DNA of 63,711 bases, filler included, from Bigelowiella natans CCMP2755 (GCA_000320545.1; 8 parts of 8 records of this genome joined end to end with filler, not necessarily neighbours in it); one strand, 5' to 3'; counted from the first letter of the whole stretch, positions 12,740 to 25,690 are shown. Program-made: numbers and translations. The notes: a model not told the origin generated them from the letters alone.

Positions 12740-13870
12740 ATGGACAGAATTTTGGGGAAAATCTATGGAATGTCCAAGATATTGATGATAAGAGATATCA
12801 TCGGACAATTATTTGAAAAAGGCCTATATTTATGTAGTATGACTGCAACAAGATCTTGTCGTACATCAGAATTATCTTCACGCCGCACCCCAGGCCCCCA
12901 ACCCACCGGGGCATCTACTGAGCTTTTTTTCGTCACCGAGAGCTCGAAAATGCCATACCATACCATTTTTCCAGATGCAGAACATTTTACAATGTTGGGC
13001 TTATGCATCTCCATGGGCGTATGTAAGTATCAACTGCGAAATTAAACTGGGAAAATGGTTAGACTTAATTCTTGCCAACACACAGATGGATGGATTCTAC
13101 TTACAGCTGCGGACATGATCGGGGATGGAGCCGAGTCGTTGCTCGAAGCGATGCCCCGACATGGAGCTTTGATTGGAGGTCTATTGGTTCCTATTTTGGG
13201 AGCGATACCAGATGGTATGATGATTCTACTATCCGGAATGGGTCATGGAACGAAGGATGAAATTCAGCGACAGTTGAACGTTGGAGTTGGAACTCTGGCC
13301 GGGTCTACGATTATGCTTCTGGTAAACACCAAGAATTTAATATGAAGTCTTGATTAATGAATGAGTGGTGTCTCGGTTATTTATTTACTCTTTCCGTGCT
13401 ATTTTAGACCGTTCCATTTGGAATCGCATTTTTTGTTAATCGCTTATTTACTACTACTTCCGCGCTATTTTAGACCGTTCCATTCGGAATTGCAATTTTT
13501 GTTAATCGCCGTCCTGTGGAAAATGGAAGAGCTGTAAATATGGAAGAAAAACCTAAGGAGGGTGGAGGCGAGATGTCGTTCACAGCCAATGCTAAAAGAT
13601 TCCAAAAATTTACGATGAGGTCTATTTTCACGCGTGAATACTGGAAAACCGAGGACAACAATGGCAACTTATTTCCCATCGGAGCGTCTGTGGAACAAAG
13701 TTTCCCTCTTTCAGCACGTATTATGATGGTAGTAATACTCATAACTATCTTAAATAATTTCCCATCGGAGCGTCTGTGGAACAAAGTTTCCCACCTTCAG
13801 CACGTATTATGATGGTAGTAATACTTCGTATCATCTTAAATTAACCGTGTATGCTTTTACTGTGTATTAT

Positions 13871-13906
<36 letters not shown>

Positions 13907-15071
13907 CACAGGGAAGTACCGTGACATATCTCATAGTTCAAATTCCAGCTTTCTTCGCATCAAGAGAAATTGTTCAGGACGCTGCATTTTTGTCCTTCAT
14001 CGCCAGCCTCGTGCTACTAGGCATGTACTGTTATCATAATGCCACCCAACAGGGGGCAGAAGAAAATTTTGGTGAAAATATTCAATTGCGGAGAAGATTA
14101 AGACGAAGAGAAGATCTAAGGTTGGCAAGTGATGAGATTTGGATTATGTTGCGGATGTGTTCGCATGCCCCCACTTAATTTTATATTCATTTTATAGGCT
14201 TGAGCAGCATGCGCAAAATTTTAGAGCATTTGCTAAAATTGGAAAATCAATCGATGATGTTTTCAAGTCACTCACCAAAGGGTAAAAACCTACTACCATT
14301 AAAATTTTTGAAGATTAGGTTTGAATGTGAAATAATAATGATCAATTGTGACTCTACTTAGGAAACAAGGACTCAACAAAAAGGATGTGAAAGTAGCATT
14401 TCAGTCGTTGGGATTGAACCTTGGGGACATGAGCTTGGAAAAGTTATTCTGCGAAATCGATCTGGACAACAACGACATAATTGATTTGACTGAGTTCAAG
14501 CAATTCTTCATCATGTACATCTCAGAATTTGCATCCGGAAGTCTCGATATGGAGCAAGTCAAACAATGTGATGATGATGACTAATATAATTTAATGTATG
14601 TTACAAGAAGAGATTGTAAATATGATTTAAAAGTACTAACTCTCCACTTCTTCCTTCCTTACACATGATAGATGAGGAAGATGATGTCAAGGGAGGAAAC
14701 AACTCTGGAGATAAAGATCCGAACCCAGAAATCTTAATGACACTGGAGAAATGGATGGTCAATTTCTAATTATCTGTATGTAGTAGCAGATATATTGCCT
14801 ATGCTTCATACATCTTCTCATGACTTAAAATCTTACAACGCAACTGTAACTTTGTCGATTGTGACTTGTTTTTGGGATACTAACATGATACATGGTGATC
14901 GTCATTTACTACTACCACTACATCATCATCATCATCATCATCATCATCATTATCATATACTACATTAGGGACATGAACTTGCTTTGGAAGGCTACGGCGG
15001 GAAGCAGAAAAAAAAGGGCCAAAGCTTTATACTATATCTCAAGAATCTGAAGAAACTTGAACGCAAGCGGG

Positions 15072-15110
<39 letters not shown>

Positions 15111-15509
15111 AAACAATGAGATTGATTGAATAATTGACTATAACTACTACTATTGCTACTACCATCAGGTACATCGTTGGTGTAATCGTAAGGAAGAGGA
15201 AATTCGTCAAAAAAAGGCATCTTATACAATCCAGCATTACTCTGAGCCTTACATTGATGCTGAAGATTTCACCAAACCAAAGAGGCGACTGAGGATAGAA
15301 TTATGTACAATTGAACATGGAAAAGCCCGTTATGATCCCAAGCTTCATCGATGGTTGGCAATCTACTAGTATCTATCTATTATTCTAGCATTATTCATAT
15401 TGCTATCAACGAAAAAATAATAATAATACATGGCAGCCAGCATGATGTGACAATTTTTATTATTATGATTATTATTATTATTATTATTATTATTGAGAAT
15501 AGTTGTCGT

Positions 15510-15541
<32 letters not shown>

Positions 15542-15884
15542 TTATTATTGTTACTATTCGGTTTGTATAGGGCGTGTGCTAGTGGTGAAATCCAAAAGTT
15601 CTGTGTAAAGAAATTCCAGAACAGAGATTTCGATACTTTCTTCGCGGAATGTCTCTCGTTTGTAGGAAAAGGTGGTAGTAGTACTGCTCAAGATAGCAGG
15701 TACTAACAACTAGTATAGCAGTAGTAGAAGTAGTTAGTATAGAAGCAGGTCCCAATCAAATCAGTGATGAACAAAGGGTGGTGGTGGAAGAATAATAATA
15801 ATAATACCTGCCGTCTGTGCGCTTTTTCTCATCCATCTTCTGATCGCCCATGGCATGGATTGTTATTGAATTGTTGTACTACTG

Positions 15885-15915
<31 letters not shown>

Positions 15916-16242
15916 TACTAGAATTCTTTCCGAGGATGATGTAGTAAAGTTGAGTAAGAAATGGAAGCTACCTGTATGCATGGAATATCAAGATGAGAAG
16001 AAGCAAGGTATTATTGTTTTTAGGGAGTGTGTTAGTAGGTAGTAGTAGTTGTAGTAAGTAGCAGCAGCAGTAACAGTTTATTCTAATTTACTTATTAACT
16101 TATCCATTAGATGCTGCAACCCGGTCTGAATTCCAAAAAATCCTTCACCGCTACCAACGACAAGAAGAATCTATGACGAAAGATATGTTCAAACGTAATA
16201 ATTACTATCATTGTAGTTGCCTACTTTCTCACATATAATATT

Positions 16243-16288
<46 letters not shown>

Positions 16289-18438
16289 CAACCTGCTATC
16301 ACTTATTTCTACTACCACTAAGCAGTACTGTTGTCTCTAAAAAATTTAATTCTAATTTTTCTCCTTGTATATGTGTAGTGTATTTGGAAGGAATGGTACT
16401 TATCGATAAAGATCATTGTAAAGCGACGATGCACAAAGATTTCGGAGCTTCCTATCGTAACGTGAACAACAACAACAACAACAACCAAAAGACTGCTGCT
16501 GCTGCTGCTGCCTCAAGACAGCGCAAAACGACCACGACTTACCCAGCGGTTGGTTATGTTATCATTCAAGCAATAGCGCCATTTCAACAATATAACGGCG
16601 ATGATGATGATAATGATGATGATGATAATGATAATCACAACGACGAAGAACGCGATAACGGCTATGACCCCTAGAAAAACGATGTGATGTGGTGGTGATG
16701 GACATCCTATATATAATTGATATTGATGGCATGCATACGCCTTCACACCAGAATACTATCATCGTAACGGTATATTAGAAAGTGATGATACTGCTATTCC
16801 AATCCATCTAATAATGTAGAAATTGAGAATGTTGGTGGGGCATTCACGTATGAGAACAAACAAATGAAAAAAGAAAAGAGAGAAAACTGAGAAGAAGGAA
16901 TCGGACTATTCTGTATTGTTGTATCTTTCATTTCTCTTGTTCTAATCCCCTCCTGCAAACCACTATCAGGCATCATACCAAGCGGATGAAAGTTCTTCCT
17001 TAAAAAGCATGTTTGGTACTAAACATGGATACAATTCGCTTGAGGTAAGGATAATGATTTATTACATATTAACACCTTCCATTTTGTCTCTTTAACTATT
17101 GTATTTTTTCGAATGAAATGGAGAGGAGGCCAGCTGAACAACGATAGATAGCAATTACGTATATTTTTCCGTGCACTCGGGGAAAGACAATATTATGACG
17201 ACATCTAGCAAACATTACCGCTCGCTTTTCCTATTTTTCGGTTTAATGGACTTTTTAGCACGTTATAGTTATTTTAATATTGCATTTGTGATTGCTAATT
17301 TAAGATATTATTCCTCAAGTTCGTCCTTCTCCTGTGTTCTAACCTGCTGCTGTTACTTGCTGCTGCACCGATTAGGAGGGAAATATTGCTGTTGAATTGC
17401 CAGAAAAAAAGAGTCATGATGAGCAGGAGGCTGGCGAAAACAACAAAGATGAACATTCGATTAAGGGTCCATTGCTCTGGATGCTTTGGGGCTCTATTCT
17501 GGTCGCAGTATTCTCCGATCCAATGGTAGTAGTTAGTGTAAGTAATATCATTTCTTCTACTACCAGATAAACTGGAAATGTTTATTCTCCCTGGCATTGT
17601 AGCAGTAGTATCACACATATAGTGTGAATCTGTCATCATAATCTTTTAATCATCCTGTTTCGTAGGTGGATATGATTGATGAATTCTCTAATCGAGTGCA
17701 AATCAACGCGTTCTACGTCTCTTTCATCGTGACTCCTTTGGTACAATATTTTCACATCTAAAATATCAAACCTTTCGATTTTCATCATTCAAAAATGTCA
17801 AATATACTTGATGATGGTGGGAGAATGACGATGATTATGATGATGATGATGATGATGATGATGATGGTTTGATCCAGGTTTCCAACGCGTCTGAAGTTCT
17901 CTGTGCGGCGAAATTAGCATCGAAACTCACCGACAAAACGTTGAACTGTAATACAATTATAATAGTATAGTTGAGTAGCCATATTATTAAAGATTGATTT
18001 TCAATTATAAGTCCCATCATTTATCTTCTGTTGTTAGTTGCACTTTCGACTTTGTATGGAGCTGCGGTGATGAATAGCACGTTCTGCATGGTAAGAAACT
18101 ACAATGCTGAATGTTGCACAAATTTTGCAACTTGTCGCTGATTGCGTGAGTTTTCCAGGCTATTTTTGCTGGTTTAGTGTATTTCCGAGGGCTTGAATGG
18201 AATTACTCAGCTGAAGTGCTCATCATAATCATAGTGAGTGCAACGTGTACCTAATTTTTCATCTCTATCCATTGATTTAATCGTGTTTCCTCTCAAGGTA
18301 ATGTACGTCATTGGGGGTCTTGGATTGTCAGCACCGAATCAAACTTTTTCCATCACTGCAGCTGGAATTGCTCTTTCCATGTTCCCTTTTTCGTTGGTTT
18401 TCGTTTTTGTTTGCCAAAACGTAATTGGCATGGCATGA
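12740..18438 (+). CDS. NCL/EFCAX-type Na+/Ca2+ exchanger-like protein with EF-hands (CaCA superfamily)
   Basis: alpha-1 region GWILLTAADMIGDGAESLLE..LIGGLLVPILGAIPDGMMILLSGM..QLNVGVGTLAGSTIMLLTVP; EF-hand DLDNNDIIDLTEF; alpha-2 region GSILVAVFSDPM/VDMIDEFS..FYVSFIVTPL/VSNASEV..LSTLYGAAVMNSTFCM/AIFAGLVYFRGLEWNYSAEV. Start codon uncertain (12250-12950). Confidence 0.92.
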
Positions 18439-18505
18439 TGTCAAAATCCCAAAGTTGATGCGACACCGAACATTCTATACATTCCTCGTGTGATTGAAAC
18501 GATTA

Positions 18506-19311
18506 GTTCAACATTCAACATGAAAGAGTCAGTCAGCAACACAAAATGCAAACGAAAACGAATCATGTCAAAGCTGTGCAACTTGTTTGTCAAATTGCAG
18601 TCATTGCGACAACGACACAAAGTTTTCACATGCAATTTTTGGTTGCCACAACAGCGGGTGCATCTGACCAAATGCATGCATGACAACAAGGCAAATGAAA
18701 TCATGACAAAGCATGATTTCCGAGTATGCGGAGTGCGGACCATCTCTTGTAGATCGAAAGTGTTGCTGAATTTGCGCATTGCGCGTGAAATTTTACATTG
18801 TGGAAGTAAAAACAACATGACCATCATCATCCACATGTTCCGAATCGGGAAGCTTCATTTTGTTGCCCACTGCCTGCTTGCAAAAGCTCGCGATAGCGCA
18901 GGAGCTGCATCGCATGCACCCGGCGTCCCAGGTGCGAGCAAACGATCTCTTTGTTGCTTGCATTTTATTTTCAAACGAATGACCTTTGCAAATGCACAAC
19001 AATGAGCTCAAATGAAAATTTGTGCAAATCATGGACAAAAGCAATTGCTTCCATGTCCAACGAGTTGGATCTGCGTGCATCACTGTGATTGCAGCTCGTG
19101 CATGATGCACATTCCCAACACCAATGCTCAACTTGTTCAAACATCAAAATGCACACATGATCGAGCCAATGCAAGTTCACAACACAACATGTGCTTTGCA
19201 CAGGGAGGAGCTGTCGCGTCAAACGCCAACAACAAACCCAGGTCATCCAAACCAACACCAGTGGTCAGAATCAGTGCTCCACATCCAGGCCTCACCGGTC
19301 ACAACTTCACA
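18506..19311. other. Subtelomeric TpA-depleted domain
   Basis: Only 6 TpA in ~806 bp by hand count and none in 18968-19311; CpG still common. Confidence 0.9.
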
Positions 19312-19496
19312 TAGGTTGGGATGAGAGGATTGGGACAAGAGGGTTGGGATGAGAGGGTTGGGATGAGAGGGTTTTGAAGAGAGGGTTAGGATGAGAGGGT
19401 CATGATGAGAGGGTTGGGATGAGAGGGTTGGGATGAGAGGGTTGGGATGAGAGGATTGGAATGAGAGGTTTGGGATGAGAGGGTTTGGATGAGAGG
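19312..19496 (+). repeat. Telomere-associated ~14-bp tandem repeat (GATGAGAGGGTTGG)n, ~13 copies
   Basis: Degenerate copies directly abut the TTAGGG array. Confidence 0.9.
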
Positions 19497-19548
19497 TTAG
19501 GGTTAGGGTTAGGGTTAGGGTTAGGGTTAGGGTTAGGGTTAGGGTTAG
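19497..19548 (+). repeat. Telomeric (TTAGGG)n array, chromosome end
   Basis: 8+ perfect TTAGGG units run to the contig end with the G-strand oriented outward. Confidence 0.92.
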
Positions 19549-19549
19549 A

Positions 19550-19649
19550 NNNNNNNNNNNNNNNNNNNNNNNNNNNNNNNNNNNNNNNNNNNNTTAATTA
19601 ATTAANNNNNNNNNNNNNNNNNNNNNNNNNNNNNNNNNNNNNNNNNNNN
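19550..19649. other. Artificial contig spacer N44-TTAATTAATTAA-N44 (also 22813-22912, 25704-25803, 40334-40433, 47923-48022, 52442-52541, 62281-62380)
   Basis: Identical 100-nt linker with six-frame stops, seven times; adjacency across it is not biological. Confidence 0.99.
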
Positions 19650-19730
19650 CGAAGAAAAGAGACGCGCGAGACGCGCGGGGGGTCCGTGCTACAAGTCCTC
19701 ACTCTGCGTGTCGTACCGATCATCACAAAC

Positions 19731-19900
19731 CTTGTAAACTTTAGGCATCGGAAAGTCGTTTCGCATGAAGAAATCCATCATCTCGCACTTGTCTTTCTCA
19801 ACCCTGTAGTCGTCTCGAGCATGTTCCTCGAGGAGAATGGCCATTTCCTACACACACACGCACACACGCACACACGCACACACGCGCACACGCACACACG

Positions 19901-19938
<38 letters not shown>

Positions 19939-20900
19939 CACATTTTGGTTAATATCAAACAAAATGCACAGAGCAGCACACACATATGAACAAAAGCACG
20001 TGCTTCTAGATTCGCAGCATTGAGCAGGCTCCGAGGTTGCGGTACTCCACGAACGAAGGGGAGAGCGGAAGAAACACAAAATTGACACCTTTGCTCGAAA
20101 GCCTATTATCTCATACCACCCGATCTGAATGAATGGGGGGTAAAAACAGACGGGTGAGGGGAGGAGAACAGCGTCCATTACATATCAACCGAAGATCTTA
20201 TCATTTAGCTCTGACGATGCAGACTGTCGGCACACAGACACTCTTTCGGCATCACCATGTACGCCACCACCATCATCATCGCAATCGCACTCACGCACGC
20301 TCGCATCGTACCTTCTTGGTAGTAATATGCTGCCGCACCGAAGCAAAATAGCTGTGGACGGAGAAGTTCTGTGCCGAGGCTCTGATCTTCGGTAACTCCG
20401 AGAGATAGTACTGCTGAGCCCGCAGCCATGTTTGGTGCGCTTCACCATCTATAATCGTCCAACCCTGATGGTCACGAGAAGAAGGCGTTCATGACTCGAT
20501 GCGCGCGGAGGGCGGGCAAAATGTTCAGCTGTACAACCTCAGTGAAGTATCGGTTTTGGCCAAGAATTCGCGCACGTCTTATGACAAATCTCCGAGCCTT
20601 CTCGAGGGTTCTGATGAAGTGTGTTGGCACCAGTATAGCATATTATCATAATCCCTCTTCCCCTTCACCCCTATTCATCCGTAGCACCCGCTATACAACG
20701 AGTGATTGTGGCGCAATTATCACCAAAGATCCCAACCCCCCTCCTCCCTCCCGCCTGGCACCTACCCTGATATCCCTAGAAGTGTAAGGATGACGACTCC
20801 TAAAACAATGTTTCTCCTGCTTATTGTTGGAATCTTGACGCCGGAGAACTGCCAGCGGCGACTCCGAGAGCTCTGCTCAGAAAGCACAAGAAGAGAATAG
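19731..20900 (-). CDS. Hypothetical type-II membrane protein, possibly ATP-grasp-like, 3'-truncated
   Basis: Exons ..ISRRNIVLGVVILTLLGIS (TM), IGWYEIIGFRAK, EMAILLEEHARDDYRVEKDKCEMMDFFMRNDFPMPKVYK; the DK..M..F.....P.P pattern resembles ATP-grasp N-termini. Confidence 0.35.
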
Positions 20901-21758
20901 GGTCAGGGGAAAAGGTAAGGGCGCCGGCGGCGGGGGGATGTGGCTTGTTTATACCAAAAAAGACATCATATTTTGTGTAAAGTGATGAATTGAGTGAAAA
21001 AAAGAAAAAGTTCCACGGTTGGGATTGAAACGTGCAGGCCCTTCCAGGGAGAAACCGGCATGTACACTACGACGCAATGGGGAGGGGGGGGGGGGATCCT
21101 AACCACATTTTTCGGGGATGTATCAGCCTTTGAGCTTTCAGTTTGGCAAGAGGCTGGCCTCCGGCTCCTCAGATCCACTAACAATACCACCCACATCAGA
21201 CAGGCCCTTTGATGACGTGGCCACCCAGGCAGGAGGGCGGCAGACGAAGCTACGGCATCATCCAACGCATCATTGCATGCATAAAGAACAGACCATCCGT
21301 GCGCATACGAGAGCCAGCCGATGCGCCAGATAGAGGGTGTGGGATGCGAGACTGCCTCTGGTTGCGAGAGGGTTTAGGTAGCTGGGGTTGTAAGTTTCGG
21401 GGGGGGGCGATCGATCTCGTCTCTATTTCGCCCGTCACTGCCGGGAACAATAGCAACAATAATAACAACAACAAAATAAATTCAACAATGTTTAGTAGTT
21501 TATAGGAATACATTTTCGACCAAATATGACTTTTCCACAGTCGGTCTTGGGAACTACTTCGGTTGCGGATACGTGGCGAGGACGCCCCGAGGATATCTCG
21601 AGATATCCTAGGAAAAAGATCTATCCCGATTGATACTCCCGATCGTATTATTTTCGGTCTGGCGACATCATTGTAAAGCATGTCGCAGGACCAAAATCCT
21701 CGGAAATTCTAGGCGTTTCTTCTGCCATTCCCGAGAGCATCGCTCTCCTCGATATGCA

Positions 21759-22180
21759 ATGGCGTCGCGGCCGAAGGGGACTGCTGCCACCTATGTGAAA
21801 ATATGCCCCGACAACGAGCCTGTGTCCATCCCCTTGGGCGGCACGGATCAGGGCGCCGTGCTAGTTCTCATAGGATCGAATCCAATTACGTGTGCGCTCG
21901 TTGACAGGCATGGAGATGTCGCATCTACGTGGCTCTCGAAATACGGTAACAACAGCTCAACGGCTCCGGCATAGTAATTGCGCGAGGCTGAGGAAGGCGA
22001 TTGATGTTGCATACAGATCTTCGGAACGCCAGGAACTTCTTTGAAAGATCGGGATTGCATCCAAACGGCTTGGGTCCTTTCAGTTGGCTTCGAGTACTTT
22101 CGTTCTTACCTCTAGTGGAGCACGCAGGAGCCATTGCAAGGGTACTACGTTCTCGTCTAGCCACTACAGAATGTACAACA

Positions 22181-22235
<55 letters not shown>

Positions 22236-22390
22236 CGTTGTGGAACGTCGGTAGGAAAGGCACGTCACATAGTTGAAACTGAATTAACTCTCAGGTTTCT
22301 AAGTTTTTCTTCCGTATCTTACACGATGAGGTGAGTAGCTATTGGCTTTGGATATTTCGATAGGTCATTTTTTCCTTTCCCACTTTTACG

Positions 22391-22425
<35 letters not shown>

Positions 22426-22800
22426 CCCCCCCCCCCCTCCCTTTTTTTTTTCTCTTAAACCCTCTGGAGAAATTTCATCCCCCCCCAAAATAGTAATCTA
22501 ACATATGTCCACTCCTGGAGAAAGACTGCCTGCTGCAACAAACGCATAGCTTCATCATTGCATCATCAGCCATCGAATCGACTCATGGCTCCAAGCCAGC
22601 AAGCTGAACAACACAGACGGCCCGCGAAGAGGCGCCGGAAAAATCTTCAACTTAAGAGTGTAGATGGTGAGAGCGCCCATCCTTTCTCCTCTCTCAGTGG
22701 TGCAAAATCAGTCAAGACCATTTCGATGGAATCAGTCTCAACTGCAAGGTCTCTCTCACGTTTCTGTCTCGAATATCAAGATTGGTTGAATTACTTCCAC
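21759..22800 (+). CDS. F-box domain protein, 3'-truncated
   Basis: Spliced MASRPKGT../..GLGPFSWLRVLSFLPLVEHAGAIAR/VSKFFFRILHDE fits the F-box pattern; downstream NLS-like RPAKRRRK. Confidence 0.6.
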
Positions 22801-23200
22801 CCCCCCCCCCCCNNNNNNNNNNNNNNNNNNNNNNNNNNNNNNNNNNNNNNNNNNNNTTAATTAATTAANNNNNNNNNNNNNNNNNNNNNNNNNNNNNNNN
22901 NNNNNNNNNNNNTCTCAAAGTAAGGGATGAACAATAAACTCCTGGGAAAAAACCAACAAATGGATGCGAATTCGTCTCTGCTTTCCAACAAATTCAGCTT
23001 GAATTCCATTCGGGTTGGTCCTCAGGGTAATGAGGGCAAAACGTGTTGTCGCAGGCAATAAACCGCATGGTATTGCTGTTCGATGATGCAACAGTAACTT
23101 GCAGCTGTCCGAGCCTTTCCTTCATTGGAAAATGATCGATCTATGAGTATGTAGGCTAGAGCTGCTTTGCTAACTCTATACCTCTAGGACAGATAATTAG

Positions 23201-25632
23201 ATGCAGCTGCTGCTGGCTGTCAGCCTGTTGCTGGGCTCTTCCTCTCTGTGCTCACTTGCTACATTAACGGAACTACAGGTTTGATACAAAATCTTGACAA
23301 TGCAATTTACACCCTGCCCATGACTCATTCAGTTCTTCTTCCGTGGTATACGTACAGGGGTTTTCCCATCTTTACGCAGAGTCAACGTCTCCAAATTCGA
23401 GGTTGGCAACTTTAAGCAAAATCTGTTTTTTTCGGATGTTAATTTACTAACGCAAGCATCATCAATACAGGCATGTTGAACAAACTAAGGAATTCGATAC
23501 CTTCGTCAATGCATCCGGTGCCTTGGAAATATATTTCTCGGCGTGGGATGACTTGACAGTGGTAGATGTAACTCTCTGCATTCAATGGGGAGTGTGTTAT
23601 TTACTGATATCTTTTCGGATGAGAGTTTTTACAAACATTCTATTTTATGTGCTCTATGCACGTATTTGTGGATGACGACGCATCTCATAATGTGCCGCAG
23701 TTTGGTCGGTTCACCAGTGGGTCGACGTACGACTACGATATCTTGGTGAATCATTCATCTACAGGAAGGATAGACGGCGCATTAACTACAGGTAGTAATG
23801 TATAATTTGTCCGTAGATGCTATTCTTTTCTGCATTCTTGTGAGAGGGAGAGGGGTATGGGTGGCGAGCAAGCGACGATGATGTGAGAGGATTCTTACAC
23901 ATCTCTTATATGGGTGTGATAAAGTGGTATACATGTTGGTTGCTCGATTTTCACAAGTAAAATAAATGGCTCACCATGTTTGACCCCGATATATTGTCAC
24001 GATTTTTGTTTGTTTGTTTGGATAGCCCGGTTTGATAAGCCCAAAGGCATTGCGATAGACCCTTCGATCACTGACCGGCCTGTGATGTATATAGCTGAAG
24101 AGGTTGTTCAGTGCTCAATCTGTTTTTTTACCTATTTCCCGTCTTTATCAAGAGATCATAACTTGCTCTTGCTGGCTCTTTTCTTCTTCTTCTTCTTCTT
24201 CTTCTTCTTCTTTCATATGAAAATCAAGAGGAGGGGAGATAAGGGAAATTCATCAGATGTTTAGCGGTATAGATATGTTGTTTCCAATTCCTCACAACCA
24301 ATGTCGTCGTCGTCGTCGTCTTCTCAGGGCAACTTTGTCATTCGTCGAATGGATGTATTCGGCGATGATGTCACAACCTTTGCAGGAGATGTACGTTATC
24401 CAAATATTCTATGTACTAATGTCTCTAGCAGCAGTATTTGAGATTATTCAAAAACAACCAAAAGATCACACACAAAAATCGCTTTACTACTCCGTTGATA
24501 CTGCGTCTCGGTCATGCTAAAATAATGAATGGAGTAAATAAATAAATGAATAAATAATGCCCTACCCGCTCCATTTTGTTACACATCCAAGTGGACTCAT
24601 CATCGAGCCAATTACTTCCTTTTCTATACGTACACTAGCCATCATCATCGACTGCAGTCGATGGTTCAACATCTGTCTCAAGATTCAACATTCCATTCTC
24701 TCTACAATTCAACTACTACGGCGGTTCGTACACCCTCTACATCAGTGAAAAGGTTGCAAGAAGCATTCGTTTTGTTTTTGCTGCTTCTCTTTTCATTTCT
24801 CTCGCTGTTTGCAAAGACGACGACTTCTCTGATGAAGTAGTGTGAAATTTGCTACAATGAAGAATCTGACGACGATGATCTTTATTTTTGGCACGTAACC
24901 GTGGATAAACTATGGTATAGTAGTTCCATGTTTATCATCTTACATTGCATTTTCTTCCTCCCTCACAGGTGAGCGGCGCAATACGCACAATAAACATGGG
25001 CACGCAGATAGTGAGTACATTGAAACTTTCAACCACGGCTGGTAATAGAGATGGGCCCCTCTCTTCGGCACAGTTTAACGGCCAAAGTGTAATTCATTTA
25101 TGGCGATTCGGATCCCAGTTGATGCTATACAAGACAGACATGCGTACTTACTGCTGCGTGTGCAATGCATCTAATACGCTCAATGCATCTAACGTGCAAA
25201 ATTCTCTGCCTTTTCGATATATCACTAATGGTGTCATGATCATTATTATACCGTATGAAGACAATCGTTCTACATTGATCCAGATCGTAATATAATTGAT
25301 CCAAATCGTAATATAATTCTCTATGTGAACACAGTGAATCACAAGGTTCGAGCTATTAACTTGCAAACGAATGAAGTAACGACGCTAATCGGCGGGAACC
25401 AAGGATATGGAGATGGTTGCTTCGCATGATGATACGCACACATATGAATTTTGATGGCTGTTAAAAAACCTTAATATGATATGTTTTATCTTCAAATGTA
25501 GTTATATCTATTTGTATCTCTGTGTGGTGTGTGTGCGTATATAACAATGTATGATTTACTGTCACACTTCATAGCTGAAGTCATCGTTGCTATTTTAGGG
25601 ATCGGAACGAACGGCTATTTTGATAAACCAAG
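23201..25632 (+). CDS. Secreted NHL-repeat (beta-propeller) protein, 3'-truncated
   Basis: Signal-like MQLLLAVSLLLGSSSLCSLA; NHL repeats ARFDKPKGIAIDP..MYIAEE/GNFVIRRMD..VTTFAGD, DGPLSSAQFN, NHKVRAINLQTNEVTTLIGGNQGYGDG. Confidence 0.8.
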
Positions 25633-25647
25633 GCAATACACACACAC

Positions 25648-25690
<43 letters not shown>

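Noticed and set aside
4206-18811. Shared 13-mer TGTGGAAGTAAAA at 4206 and 18799 near two altered domains
   Set aside because: Chance 13-mer matches are expected in 64 kb; no extended similarity.
18441-19324. Six overlapping 66-171-aa ORFs on both strands (similar clusters at 4329-4917 and 59601-60904)
   Set aside because: By-product of TpA loss removing TAA/TAG stops; Cys/His-rich, nearly Tyr-free, no recognisable domain.
19312-19496. CRISPR-like array
   Set aside because: No unique spacers; it is a eukaryotic telomere-associated minisatellite.
19594-19605. TTAATTAATTAA palindrome repeated seven times (possible piggyBac TTAA or PacI sites)
   Set aside because: Always centred in a 100-nt N spacer; it is an artificial six-frame-stop linker.
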